Assembly (NCBI GenBank): GCA_963843525.1
Contig: CAWJKM010000002.1
Location: 209,913 to 273,912, forward strand
Direction of reading: 5' to 3'
Length of the DNA: 64,000 nt
DNA from: Ignavibacteriota bacterium
Lineage (GTDB): Bacteria > Bacteroidota > Ignavibacteria > UBA10030 > UBA6906
Both the position numbers and the translations under genes were made by a program. Below are positions 20,929-31,015 of this stretch, piece after piece; within the stretch, counting starts at the first letter, position 1, and the number at the start of each line of letters is the position of its first letter. The notes below the pieces were generated by a model. It was not told the DNA's origin. It searched no databases and saw only the letters and a list, made by a program, of their open reading frames with translations.

Positions 20929-21921
20929 TCATCCGGCCAGGATGGCATCGATGGTCTTGATCTCCCCGGCAGAAAACTCCAGGGTCTTCAGCGCCGCGAC
21001 ATTCTCTTCAAGTTGTGATATTCGGCTGGCGCCGATGAGTGCCGACGTGACCTCCGGATTTCTGAGCACCCAGGCAATGGACATTTGGGCAAGGCTTTGT
21101 CCGCGCCGGCGCGCAATCTCATGCAACGCACGCACTTTTGAGAGCTTGTCTTCGGTCACCTGCTCCGCCTTGAGAAATCCGTGCGGCTTCGCCGCGCGCG
21201 AGTCGGCGGGAATGCCGTTGAGATAGCGGTTCGTCAGCAGTCCCTGTGCCAGGGGGGAGAAGACGATGCACCCGATGCCTTCGTTGCTGAGCACGCGCAA
21301 AAGGTCGGGCTCCACCCAGCGGTTGAACATATTGTACACCGGCTGGTGAATCAAGCAGGGCGTTCCCAGCGATCGGAGGATCCCGGAGGCGCGTGCTGTC
21401 GCTTCGGCGGAATAGTTCGATATCCCCGCATAGAGTGCCCGACCGCTCCGCACGGCGAAATCCAGTGCCATCATGGTCTCTTCGAGAGGAGTATCGGGAT
21501 CAGGTCTGTGGGAATAAAAGATGTCCACATAATCGACGCCCATGCGCTTCAGACTCTGGTCGAGGCTTGCGATGAGATATTTTCGCGATCCCCACTCGCC
21601 GTACGGCCCGGGCCACATAAGATATCCGGCCTTCGTGGAGAGGATCAGCTCATCGCGATGGGCGCGGAGATCATCCCGGAGAATTTTGCCGAACGTCTCC
21701 TCCGCAGACCCGGGAGGAGGACCGTAATTGTTTGCAAGGTCGATGTGCGTGATCCCAAGATCGAATGCACGGAGGACAATGGAGCGCGCGGTGGCATGGT
21801 CATCAACGCCGCCGAAATTATGCCAGAGTCCGAGCGATACTCCGGGGAGCTTGATCCCGCTTTTTCCGCATCGGCGATAGGGTATCGCGTCGTATCGATT
21901 CGAGAGAGCTGTATAAGCCAT
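20929..21921 (-). CDS. aldo/keto reductase (YghZ-like)
   Basis: AKR motifs ([12 protein letters not shown], ...[15 protein letters not shown]). Start taken at [10 protein letters not shown]; the track ORF extends to 22047. Confidence 0.85.
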   Translation of the reverse strand: MAYTALSNRYDAIPYRRCGKSGIKLPGVSLGLWHNFGGVDDHATARSIVLRAFDLGITHIDLANNYGPPPGSAEETFGKILRDDLRAHRDELILSTKAGYLMWPGPYGEWGSRKYLIASLDQSLKRMGVDYVDIFYSHRPDPDTPLEETMMALDFAVRSGRALYAGISNYSAEATARASGILRSLGTPCLIHQPVYNMFNRWVEPDLLRVLSNEGIGCIVFSPLAQGLLTNRYLNGIPADSRAAKPHGFLKAEQVTEDKLSKVRALHEIARRRGQSLAQMSIAWVLRNPEVTSALIGASRISQLEENVAALKTLEFSAGEIKTIDAILAG

Positions 21922-22011
21922 ACACCCCGCCAGGATGTTAGTTGAAAGGAAAGTCGAGGAAGCGGTGCCCGGTGACCCGTCGCAAGAAACATACAGCGCA
22001 TCTCTCCCGCC

Positions 22012-22100
22012 CACAGCTTTCTGCATACTGCCTACAGCTTTCTGCATACTGCCTACAGCTTACTGCTTACTTTCTTCTTCCTTCTTCATACTTCATACTC
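22012..22100 (-). repeat. heptanucleotide tandem repeat (TANGNAG-type on the minus strand) between the rhomboid and AKR genes
   Basis: Reverse complement: tatgaag|tatgaag|aaggaag|aagaaag|taagcag|taagctg|taggcag|tatgcag|aaagctg|taggcag|tatgcag|aaagctg. Confidence 0.7.
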
Positions 22101-22106
22101 TCCGTA

Positions 22107-22865
22107 TCACCCCTGACTGAATCTGTCCAGAAACTCTCTTTCGTTCATTGTCAGCGAATCGGTTCCTTCACCGTGGAGCTTCTTCATAATCCTGTCGTAC
22201 TCTTCACGGTTGACTTCGTGGAGCTTATCGCGTTGAATGCCGGACCATCGCCGAAGATCCCAGGAGGACGGCGATGGCACACGCACTTCGTGCGGAATCA
22301 ATGTCTCGCGATGGCGCTTGTCCAGCCAACGGACGTATAGCCATCCTCCCGCAAAACCTCCGAGGTGGGCAAAGTGTGCGATATTGCCGCCCATCCCTCC
22401 GAACCCGCCAAAGAGCGACAGACCGGTCAGGATCAGCACAAACCATCTCGCCTCAACCGGGAGGACGCCCCAGATGTAGATCTGATCCCTCGGCCAGAAG
22501 TGAGCGTAGCCGATGAGGACTCCGAAGATCGCCCCGGACGCCCCGATAATTGCGGTGTACGGAGTGAAAATAAATGAAAGCAGGCCGCCCATCATTCCGC
22601 TCACGAAGTACAGAATGAGAAAGTGTTTCGCACCGATTTCGAGTTCCAGGCGCGGTCCGAAGAAATAGAGCCCGAGCATGTTGAAGAACAGATGCCAGAT
22701 GCCGCCATGGAGGAACATATAAGTAATGATCGTCCACGGCCTCGTGAGGATGTAGATCGGCACCAGCATGAACTGTTCCGTAAACCCCGGGACAGCGACG
22801 GAGATGACGTAAACGATGACATTGGCCGCAATGAGGCGGAAAGACCAGCTGGTCATAGATGACAT
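22107..22865 (-). CDS. rhomboid family intramembrane serine protease
   Basis: [10 protein letters not shown] (GxSG) and AHLGGFAGG (His) motifs in TM helices; hydrophilic C-terminal extension. Confidence 0.85.
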   Translation of the reverse strand: MSSMTSWSFRLIAANVIVYVISVAVPGFTEQFMLVPIYILTRPWTIITYMFLHGGIWHLFFNMLGLYFFGPRLELEIGAKHFLILYFVSGMMGGLLSFIFTPYTAIIGASGAIFGVLIGYAHFWPRDQIYIWGVLPVEARWFVLILTGLSLFGGFGGMGGNIAHFAHLGGFAGGWLYVRWLDKRHRETLIPHEVRVPSPSSWDLRRWSGIQRDKLHEVNREEYDRIMKKLHGEGTDSLTMNEREFLDRFSQG

Positions 22866-22887
22866 ATTCTGTAGCCCCGGTAATGAA

Positions 22888-23631
22888 TCATTTCTCCTCC
22901 AAAGTCTTCAGAAGTTCCGCTGCCTTCTGCTGGCGGGGGACATCGATGGCGACGCGAACGGGCAGCGTGAGAACCTTTTCCAGGGCCGCACGGGCGTCCC
23001 CGGGTCGCCCCATGTCAATATAAAGGACTCCCAGTTCGTAATAATGCCTCATTACCTCCGGCGCGATCGTGATTGCCTTATTCAGCGACTCTTCCGCTTC
23101 TTTGTATCCGCCTTGAGGGATTCCGCCGAAAAAGATTCCTGCCAGTCGGCGTTGGATCCAGCTGACGTTTCCCAGTGCCCGGAAGAGCGATCCCCTGATA
23201 GAGAGCGCAGCGTCATCCCGGGGATTGAGAGCGAGCGCCTTGCCGGTTTCCGCAAGGATTTCAAAGCTCAAATCGGTCTGGCGTTTCATGTCTGCGTCGA
23301 GCGCAAGATAACCGAGTGCCCCGGCAAGCCACGTGTGCCCCTCAGAGATCGTGGGATCCAGCGTGATGCATTGGCGGGCGTACTCTGCTCCTTTCTTGCA
23401 CAATTCCACCCGTCGTGCATCCCCAAAGGGTTCGCCGTAGCAAACATAGGCCCGCGCCAGCCTCCACAGAACCGAAGGATCGGCAGGGTTCGCATGAACG
23501 AACTCCTCATACGAGGTAATCGCGGCAGGGTAATCCATCCGGAGAAAGGCTTCGTCTGCAGCAGACAACGTTGCCGGAAGCCTGTCGCCACCCGCCATGA
23601 AAGGCAGGAGAAAAAGAGTTATTGCCAGCAA
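22888..23631 (-). CDS. TPR repeat protein, secreted
   Basis: Signal peptide plus several TPR-like 34-residue repeats (W..LA.AY...G....A). Confidence 0.6.
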   Translation of the reverse strand: MLAITLFLLPFMAGGDRLPATLSAADEAFLRMDYPAAITSYEEFVHANPADPSVLWRLARAYVCYGEPFGDARRVELCKKGAEYARQCITLDPTISEGHTWLAGALGYLALDADMKRQTDLSFEILAETGKALALNPRDDAALSIRGSLFRALGNVSWIQRRLAGIFFGGIPQGGYKEAEESLNKAITIAPEVMRHYYELGVLYIDMGRPGDARAALEKVLTLPVRVAIDVPRQQKAAELLKTLEEK

Positions 23632-23883
23632 TTCGCCTTCGCTTTCGTCCTTACTGCGTAAATTGTGTCAATCGGCCGCCAAAACCCCATGACCCGGCTC
23701 CGTTAATGACATAAATCCGGTGAATGTGCTAATCCCTGTGCGGGGAATCATTTGGAATCCAAGAGGTCCAGAGTGGCGAAACTTGGGGACTGTGGGCAAC
23801 TCAAATGGTAAGAGAAAAAGAGGAAAGAATAAACGCTTTCTGGGGACTTTCTTGACACAGAATTCTAATAATCCCCTAAATCT

Positions 23884-23940
23884 TCCGTTTTCCCCCCCTC
23901 TCCCCCTCTCCCCCTCCCCTCATCTCCCTTCTCCCCCCCG
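23884..23940 (+). repeat. C-rich low-complexity tract with about 7-nt periodicity (ctctccc-type heptads)
   Basis: ccccccctctccccctctcccctcccctcatctcccttctccccccc. Confidence 0.5.
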
Positions 23941-24028
23941 ACAATTCTTCATGAAAATTTAACTTCCCATCGTCCTCTTCATTTCGTATACTTTGATCCC
24001 GATGTAGGTAAGACACCCGGAGGCGAAA

Positions 24029-24859
24029 ATGTTGGTGGAAGAGAAGAAAATTGGATTCGATTATCAGCGGCGCTTAGACGGCAATTGCGGGCAACGTGCT
24101 CTCATGCATGCGCTGTTGATACTCGGACACCCTGTTTCGGAAGACGAGGCGCATCAGCTGACCGATCGGCCGCGATGGAAAACACGGCTCACTGGCACGG
24201 ACGAACGCCATATGAAACTTGGCGTCAGGCGGGCAGGGTTCAAGCCGTTGGCGCGGGTTTCATACGACCGGGCGGAAGCGCATCATGAAATCGACGCAAT
24301 GCTCGAAAGCAGTTTTCCCGTCATCATCTGCGTAGAAGATCAACAACATTGGGCCGTGCTTGCCGGAAAAGCCAGTTCGTCACAGTATTACTGGATCGAC
24401 TCCGCCGATGATGATCTTTATGGCACGTGGACCTGGACCGACATCGCAGACTGGATGGAAACCAACGGGGAGTATTACTTCATCGGGGTCGCACCGAAAA
24501 CGAAAGCGGACCGCCGCACCTCAGCCGTGCCCGATTTCTTCCGGATGTATCAGGGATTTGATGACGATGATCTTGCCGAATACTGGGGGTGGTATCTCGA
24601 GGACCTCCGGAAATGTTTCGATCTGCCGGAACACACGGCGGGCGCAATCAACGCCCGGGCGTTCTTCGAGAGGTATGGGAAGACGATCTACGACGCCTGC
24701 AAGGAGAGCTGTCGCTCCATTGACGAAGACCAGCTGCACTATGAATATGGGAATTACCGGAAAGTGGCGTTCGTGCATAACATGAGTGTCTCCCGTGAAC
24801 GCATCGAAGAAGCGATTGCGCGACTGACTTCGGCGGTGACGTTTACTGCAATGCTGTAG
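24029..24859 (+). CDS. standalone C39-like cysteine peptidase domain protein
   Basis: QRRLDGNCGQRALMHALLILG (Gln/Cys-Gly motif) and QQHWAVLAG (His motif) resemble peptidase C39/C39_2 catalytic motifs; no transporter domain. Confidence 0.4.
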   Translation: MLVEEKKIGFDYQRRLDGNCGQRALMHALLILGHPVSEDEAHQLTDRPRWKTRLTGTDERHMKLGVRRAGFKPLARVSYDRAEAHHEIDAMLESSFPVIICVEDQQHWAVLAGKASSSQYYWIDSADDDLYGTWTWTDIADWMETNGEYYFIGVAPKTKADRRTSAVPDFFRMYQGFDDDDLAEYWGWYLEDLRKCFDLPEHTAGAINARAFFERYGKTIYDACKESCRSIDEDQLHYEYGNYRKVAFVHNMSVSRERIEEAIARLTSAVTFTAML

Positions 24860-24955
24860 TCAGTTGACAGTATACAGTAAACGGTATACAGTATACGGTT
24901 AATAGTAATCAGCGGACAGGGAGTACGAATTACGATATATGATGTATGAAGACGG
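24855..24955 (+). repeat. heptanucleotide tandem repeat (TA.ACAG-type) just 3' of the stop codon
   Basis: tagtcag|ttgacag|tatacag|taaacgg|tatacag|tatacgg|ttaatag|taatcag|cggacag|ggagtac|gaattac|gatatat|gatgtat. Confidence 0.6.
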
Positions 24956-24976
24956 CTGCGCGGGTTGGGGTTGCGT

Positions 24977-25849
24977 TCACGCCGATTCTTTGACGACAGC
25001 GACAAGATCTTCCACCTTCCATTCGTTTCCCCGAAACACCTTCACGAGTTTTCCTTCCGGGTTGATGACCGCCGTCCGAAGATTATGGTCTATCAATCCT
25101 TCACTGGGTTCATAGGTGAGTCCAAAGCCATCCACAAACTTTCCGAGCGCGTTGCCCGCTGTATCAGGATCAGTTGCGAAGTCCCACACCGAAAAGTCCG
25201 CCCCGTAATTCATTCCGTATTGTCTGAGAACCGCCGGCCGGTCGAATGACGGGTCGAAGCTGATCGAAAGCAGATGCCAGCGTCCATTGAGTGCCTGGTC
25301 GGACTTCAGGATTCGCTGCAGGTCGGCGAACTGCTGACTCATCCTGATGCAGAAATCCGGCAGCGGACACCGGGTATAAATGAACGTCAGAACAAGGGTC
25401 TTCCCGCGGAAGGTGGAGACCTGTAACGGATTCCCGTCCTGGTTGACGAGTTTCAGGTCGGGAATTGTCTCACCGTCGCGATAGAGATGCTTGAATTCTA
25501 TCTCTTCGGGAGTCATCGCGTTCACGGTCTCGCCGCGTCGGAGAACCTGGATCGTCTCAAGCCAGCTTTCTGTTCGCGATACGGCCAGCGTGGCGCCGAT
25601 GGAATCGCCCACTGCGATCCTGTTCAGCAATGAAAGGTCTTTGATCTTAAACGGCATGGTCATTGCAGGCATGTAGTCGGGAATCGCCTCGTGCGACACC
25701 GTTACCCGGTGAGCAGTGGAATCGATGCCGACGACTTTGCCCCGGAGGGGGAACGTGACCATGTCGACGGGTTGTTTTTCCCTGGCGCAAGAGAAGAACA
25801 CACAGGAAATGAAAAGTGCGAGAGCGAGCGGGCGCATTGTGGGAATCAT
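24977..25849 (-). CDS. SCO1/SenC family copper chaperone-like lipoprotein
   Basis: Thioredoxin-like TFIYTRCPLPDFC and DHNLRTAVINPEG motifs, plus a Met-rich MTMPF segment. Start taken at the ATG that overlaps the barstar stop codon (ATGA). Confidence 0.75.
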   Translation of the reverse strand: MIPTMRPLALALFISCVFFSCAREKQPVDMVTFPLRGKVVGIDSTAHRVTVSHEAIPDYMPAMTMPFKIKDLSLLNRIAVGDSIGATLAVSRTESWLETIQVLRRGETVNAMTPEEIEFKHLYRDGETIPDLKLVNQDGNPLQVSTFRGKTLVLTFIYTRCPLPDFCIRMSQQFADLQRILKSDQALNGRWHLLSISFDPSFDRPAVLRQYGMNYGADFSVWDFATDPDTAGNALGKFVDGFGLTYEPSEGLIDHNLRTAVINPEGKLVKVFRGNEWKVEDLVAVVKESA

Positions 25850-26304
25850 CCAATTGTGAGGCCGGTGGCCCCGAGTCGTTGCCTTGTCGATGTCTCCCCT
25901 TCCGGCGTGCATTGAAAGATGACCCGTTCGAGCGGCGTCTCTTCGAGTTCATGGACCGTCTGGAGAATGGAGGCAAGAGTCCGGAGATCACCGTCATGAC
26001 GGGGGAGCAGATTGTCTGCATTTGTGATTACGAGAATCAGCTGCTCCGCGCCCAGCCATTCGAGATCGCCCAGACATTCTTCGAGGGCGTCCCAGTTGTC
26101 TCCGAAATAGTGGGGAAACTGAAGAGCGGCGGCGAATTCCTGAAACAGCCGTTCCCGCGTCTGGCATCGTTGTCCCCTGAGTATCCGCGCAGCCTTCCCG
26201 TTTCGTCCCTGTATTTCCGAAGTAAGATCGTCGATCTCACTTTCAGTGACGGCGAGAAGGTGGACCCACAGGGAGAGTCCTTCCAATTCAGTGTAAGTGA
26301 TCAC
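25846..26304 (-). CDS. barstar-family ribonuclease inhibitor
   Basis: ...LFQEFAAALQFPHYFGDNWDALEECL... is characteristic of barstar. Confidence 0.7.
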   Translation of the reverse strand: MITYTELEGLSLWVHLLAVTESEIDDLTSEIQGRNGKAARILRGQRCQTRERLFQEFAAALQFPHYFGDNWDALEECLGDLEWLGAEQLILVITNADNLLPRHDGDLRTLASILQTVHELEETPLERVIFQCTPEGETSTRQRLGATGLTIG

Positions 26305-26704
26305 GCGGTTTTGCCTCCGGCCTTCTCTTCAGATGAATGGGGGGAATCGGGCTCAATGTCCGGTAGTGATCAGCCGTATACCACCCCCGGTTTGTGTCGG
26401 TATCCACGACGATTCTCTCCGGACCCCGACTGACCCCTTTCTTCTTCGGGTGAACATCGTATTCCCGATACCGCCCCCGGGGAAGGCGGTGCTCACGGTT
26501 GTACCAGGGTGCTCCTCCGACATATCCTTCCGGCGCACGCCCGAAATCAACGACGTGGTTGTACACTTCCAGCACATGGCGGGGAACCGCTCCCGATTGT
26601 CGCTTCTCGAGCTTCATTTGTGGCGAAACCTTCGGCTGGGCGCTTCCAACCGTCAGCGACGCCGTGAGCAGAAGCGGGAGAGCAACGCGAAAAAAGAGTT
26701 TCAT
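26288..26704 (-). CDS. secreted ribonuclease of the barnase / RNase Sa (N1/T1-like microbial RNase) family
   Basis: Signal peptide MKLFFRVALPLLLTASLTVGSA; catalytic region YREYDV...GVSRGPERIVV...WYTADHYRTL. The internal ATG was used as start. Confidence 0.75.
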   Translation of the reverse strand: MKLFFRVALPLLLTASLTVGSAQPKVSPQMKLEKRQSGAVPRHVLEVYNHVVDFGRAPEGYVGGAPWYNREHRLPRGRYREYDVHPKKKGVSRGPERIVVDTDTNRGWYTADHYRTLSPIPPIHLKRRPEAKPRDHLH

Positions 26705-26774
26705 TGGCCAGCCATACGATTGAGGAAACATAAAGAGATATTGGATAAAATTCGAGTAGACCGGTGTCCTGTGA

Positions 26775-27539
26775 TCATTCCACTACTCTATACCGCAAGG
26801 CATACACCGATACCCAGAAGGCGGCCAGGAGAAACAACAGAAATCCTGCAGCCTCCAGAAACGGCTGTGTCGATTCGCCGCCAATAGTCGCAAAACGAAG
26901 AACGTCAGTATGCCATGTGAGGGGATTGAAATAGGATACGGTACGGAGCCACCCGGGCATGGAATCCACAGGGTAGAAGATGCTGCTGACGAACATGAGA
27001 ATGAAGTAGGCCGCGTTCAAGAAGGTATTGAACATGTCGTTCCGTCTGATACGCAGGGCAAAAAACGTAAGAAAGAAGAACCAGCCGGCGGTGCCGGCAA
27101 CGACGGCAAGAGCGAGCAGGCCGATTCGTTCCCAGAGGATGGTGATTTCCAGGAGCGTTGCACCGGCGAGCACGGTGATAGCCGCCTGGATGAGGGCCAT
27201 GAGGGCATTGAAACAGATTTTCCCGATCAGGAACTGACCCCGCGTCATCGGATAGGTAAGGAATTCGTAGAAGATGCCGTTATCGCGGTCCACGAAGAAT
27301 CCATAGGCGGTATTGATCGCGATGCCGAAGGAGGACATTGCTAGAACGCCCGGGAGAAAAAATGCGTTGTAGGAAATCCTTTCCGGCCCATGGATGAATC
27401 CCCCGCCAAGCGCGGCGTTGAACGAAAGACCAAAAAGAAGCAGATACGCCAGCGGCACCAAGAGATCGTAAAACAGCCAGGTCATGCTCGTGGTCCGGAT
27501 CTTGAATTCCCTGTACATGACGGCAAGGATCATGCTCAT
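26775..27539 (-). CDS. ABC-2 type transporter permease
   Basis: Six-TM ABC-2 topology; 4-nt overlap with the ATPase gene. Confidence 0.7.
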   Translation of the reverse strand: MSMILAVMYREFKIRTTSMTWLFYDLLVPLAYLLLFGLSFNAALGGGFIHGPERISYNAFFLPGVLAMSSFGIAINTAYGFFVDRDNGIFYEFLTYPMTRGQFLIGKICFNALMALIQAAITVLAGATLLEITILWERIGLLALAVVAGTAGWFFFLTFFALRIRRNDMFNTFLNAAYFILMFVSSIFYPVDSMPGWLRTVSYFNPLTWHTDVLRFATIGGESTQPFLEAAGFLLFLLAAFWVSVYALRYRVVE

Positions 27540-28522
27540 CGCGTATCCCTCCTTGCGCCGGATCCTCCGAGGATCTCCATATACGCATCCTCCAGAGTTG
27601 CGCCGCGGGTTTCCAGGGAGACCAGCGGATGATCGACCGCCACTTTTCCGATCAGGGAGAACACATCGGAGCGGCTCACCGGAACACTCAATGTCATGGT
27701 GTCGCGATTTCTGGAGATTTTGACGGGGGAGAGCGCGACAAACGCAGCGTAGGTCGCTTCGTCAAGCGACCGAAACGTAATACTGATATCGATGAGGTCT
27801 GAAACCTCCGAGGTGATCGCGGCGAGATCTCCGCATGCAACGATCTTCCCTCTGTCGACCAGGGCAATCGTGTCGCACAGCTCTTCGGCTTCTTGGAGGA
27901 TGTGTGTTGTGAGAAACACCGTTCTTCCCTTCTCCGCCTGTTCGCGAAATGCCTCAAGCGTCGAGCGTTTCGTGATCGGATCCATACCGGTCGTCGGCTC
28001 GTCGAGAAATACCACGGGGCTGTTGGACATATACGCCTTGGCAACCTGAACGCGTCTTTTTGCACCGCCGCTCATGTCAATGACTTTCTGGGTACGGTAT
28101 TCCTCCAGCCCGAAACGCGCCACCGCCTCGTCGATTTTGCGTTCGGCATCCTTCCTCGTGATGCCGTGAAACCGGGCAAAGGTGCGGAGATTGTCGTTCA
28201 CACTGAGGTAAATCTCCACGGCGTTCTCCTGGAGGACTGCGCAAATTCGGCGCCTCACTTCAAGAGGCGAGCGCGTAACGTCGAATCCCAGTACCGAGAC
28301 CTCGCCCGAAGTGGGAAGAATCAACGTCGTGAGTATGCGCAGGAGAGTAGTCTTCCCGGCACCGTTTCTTCCCAAGAGACCGAAGACCTCCCCCGCGCGG
28401 ACTTCAAGGTCGATTCCGTCGAGCGCGGGCACCGCCTTTGAGGTGTTCGCACGATAGGTTTTACGAAGATGTGAACACCGTATCGCCGCCTGATCTGTAT
28501 GCGCCATGATGTTCAGCTTCAA
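27536..28522 (-). CDS. ABC transporter ATP-binding protein
   Basis: Walker A GRNGAGKTT, signature LSGGAKRRV, Walker B VVFLDEPTTGMD. Confidence 0.9.
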   Translation of the reverse strand: MKLNIMAHTDQAAIRCSHLRKTYRANTSKAVPALDGIDLEVRAGEVFGLLGRNGAGKTTLLRILTTLILPTSGEVSVLGFDVTRSPLEVRRRICAVLQENAVEIYLSVNDNLRTFARFHGITRKDAERKIDEAVARFGLEEYRTQKVIDMSGGAKRRVQVAKAYMSNSPVVFLDEPTTGMDPITKRSTLEAFREQAEKGRTVFLTTHILQEAEELCDTIALVDRGKIVACGDLAAITSEVSDLIDISITFRSLDEATYAAFVALSPVKISRNRDTMTLSVPVSRSDVFSLIGKVAVDHPLVSLETRGATLEDAYMEILGGSGARRDTR

Positions 28523-28728
28523 GTCCTTTGCGTAACCGCTGAGTATTCAATAGAAGGCGTGGAAGTTCCCCGTAGAATATATGAATTTCGTAACATTTTC
28601 CCCAACTATCCGTATTTGATGAAAGAAAACCAGGAAACCGCGGGCATAGCTCCACTCAGGAATCGTCATTCCGAGGTGGTCATAGCTCGGAGGATAGCCA
28701 GGCAAAGCTCAACGACAAAGCAGATGTC

Positions 28729-30654
28729 ATGTTCCGCGCGGCATTCACAGGAACATTTATGAAACCCTCCCTCTCCATTGTGTTCTGTATCGTTTTCCTG
28801 AGCGCCCAGTCATGGGCAGGAGAACGCGATATTGTCTCCCTGCGCAACTTTGCTGACACCGAGCTCAAGTCGGCAGGGATAGAACTGTCCGTACCGACAA
28901 AAGTCCACATCGTTGCTCTCGGCGGGGGCGAAGAGGAGAGCTGGGGGTCCAATCCGAATACGATGTACGCCTACGGCTGGATCCTCAATGCGAAGACCCG
29001 CGAACTCGTGTGGGAGATGACGCGAGGAAACACGTCGGCGTCAGGCGATGACCGAAAATTCGACGGAGAAATCACGCTTGATCCGGGCGAATACGAGGTG
29101 TACTTCACGGCCTATGCCTTCGTGGAACACTCCGCGTTTTCGCATTTCCAGGTGAATATCGATCATCGGAATTCACCGCTCTTCAAGTCTCCCGACGAAT
29201 CGAAGAAGAATTTTTTTGGCTGGTTCAAAGACCTCTGGACCGGTGACATCAGCCGCGACTTTTACAAGCGTGCACCCCACTGGGGGATCGACCTTCTCAT
29301 CGACGAATCCTCCGCGTCCACCATCGGCAAGTTCACTCCGCCACTCGAATTTCCGAACACCGTCTCCCATGCCATCGGACTTGGGGATAACCAGTGTATC
29401 CGCATTGCCTTCGAACTCCAAAACGAGACCACCCTGCACGTCTATGCGCTTGGCGAACGCGGACGCGAAAATGAGCTCCCCGACGGCGGGTGGATCGAAG
29501 ATCTCTCTGACCGCCACAGGGTCTGGGAGATGAGCAGCTCTCCGCTGACCTACGCTGGCGGGGGGGCAAAAAATGTCAAGTTCCAGGGGGATATTCAGCT
29601 CCAGCGCGGTAAATATATCCTCTACTATATTTCGGACGACAGCCATTCCATGGACGATTGGAATACGGCGCCCCCGTTCGATCCGTTGAACTACGGGATT
29701 ACCATAACGATCCCTGAAGAGTCGGACCGGTCGAACTTCAAACAGATCCCGTACAACGACTACGAGAATGTCATCGTCAGCATTATTCGGCCGGGCGATG
29801 AAGAACACCACGCAGAAGGATTCACTCTCAAGGAGGATGCCGACATTCGCGTTCTGGCATTCGGCGAGCGGTCCAATGCCCGCAGGACGATGGCGGACTT
29901 CGGCCAAATCATCAACGCCCGGACCCGCGCAAAAGTCTGGACAATGGATGTCGAGAGAACGTATTACGGTGGAGGAGCGCCCAAGAACCGCTACATCGAC
30001 GAAATCGTCCACCTCCCGCGTGGAAGTTATGAGGTGTCTTATACGACCGACGATTCGCACAGCTATGACGATTGGAATGATGACCCGCCATTTGATCCGT
30101 CCCACTACGGCATCACCGTCATGGGTGTCGGCCCGAAATTCTCCCCATCGATCGTTGGAAAATACGTCGAGGAACGCGACAAGAGCATCATCTCGCAGAT
30201 TATTCATGCGGGAGATGATGAGGACAAGACCGAGCATTTCAGACTGAGCAAACCCACACGCATTCGCATCTATGCGATCGGTGAAGGGATGGGGCGGGAC
30301 ATGTACGATTACGGCTCCATCGAGAATGAGAAAACAGGTGACGTCGTATGGGAGATGACCTATCCCATGACTTTTTATGCAGGCGGAGCGAGGAAGAACA
30401 GGATGGTCAACACGACCATCATCCTTGAAAAAGGGGATTATGTTCTCCGTTGGAGGAGTGATGATTCGCATTCCTACGACGACTGGAACTCCGATCCTCC
30501 GGACGATCAGGACTACTGGGGTATCACACTCTTCCGGGATGAAGGGGAAGACTTTGCGCCGAAACTTGTTACCCCACCGGAGCCGCCTGAGAATCCCGAT
30601 ATTCCTTTGGTACCGCACAAGGGGCATCCTCTCCCCAAGCCACCGAAGCGTTGA
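28729..30654 (+). CDS. secreted protein built from four ~140-aa repeat modules of an uncharacterised type
   Basis: Signal peptide, then four modules each ending ...SDDSHS(M/Y)DDWN..PPFDP..YGIT...; the ends of the third and fourth modules are YTTDDSHSYDDWNDDPPFDPSHYGITV and WRSDDSHSYDDWNSDPPDDQDYWGITL. Confidence 0.6.
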   Translation: MFRAAFTGTFMKPSLSIVFCIVFLSAQSWAGERDIVSLRNFADTELKSAGIELSVPTKVHIVALGGGEEESWGSNPNTMYAYGWILNAKTRELVWEMTRGNTSASGDDRKFDGEITLDPGEYEVYFTAYAFVEHSAFSHFQVNIDHRNSPLFKSPDESKKNFFGWFKDLWTGDISRDFYKRAPHWGIDLLIDESSASTIGKFTPPLEFPNTVSHAIGLGDNQCIRIAFELQNETTLHVYALGERGRENELPDGGWIEDLSDRHRVWEMSSSPLTYAGGGAKNVKFQGDIQLQRGKYILYYISDDSHSMDDWNTAPPFDPLNYGITITIPEESDRSNFKQIPYNDYENVIVSIIRPGDEEHHAEGFTLKEDADIRVLAFGERSNARRTMADFGQIINARTRAKVWTMDVERTYYGGGAPKNRYIDEIVHLPRGSYEVSYTTDDSHSYDDWNDDPPFDPSHYGITVMGVGPKFSPSIVGKYVEERDKSIISQIIHAGDDEDKTEHFRLSKPTRIRIYAIGEGMGRDMYDYGSIENEKTGDVVWEMTYPMTFYAGGARKNRMVNTTIILEKGDYVLRWRSDDSHSYDDWNSDPPDDQDYWGITLFRDEGEDFAPKLVTPPEPPENPDIPLVPHKGHPLPKPPKR

Positions 30655-31015
30655 CACGGGATGAGAAGGCTTCCTTTGCCGCCGCGTTCCCCGGCGAAGG
30701 AAGTTATTGCATGGAGGTATCCCTTAACCCTCACATCCCCGATTCACAGATTTCCGGTCTCTCCTGGAGGTATTCATTGACATTCTTTTTTTCGGCATCT
30801 ATATTCTAGTACTCCACCCTACACCCGTTCTCTCCGTGGTACATGTCCGGTGACCTTCAACCGCAAGTGCAAGACCGCTCCGGCCGCGACTGTATCGCTG
30901 AACTGCGTCATCATCAACCTGCGTCCAACACGCCCAGCAAGCATGAAGACAAGAGGGATGTGTAATTCGGTCTTTTAGCCACCGCCGTCGGGAATACCAT
31001 AGGAACTGACCCATT

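Noticed and set aside
23640-24028. Candidate promoter TTGACA at about 23853 upstream of the C39-like gene
   Set aside because: No convincing -10 at proper spacing was found; the region is mainly low-complexity C-rich repeat.
29173-30657. 494-aa minus-strand ORF
   Set aside because: It is antisense to the repeat-module secreted protein; a shadow ORF.
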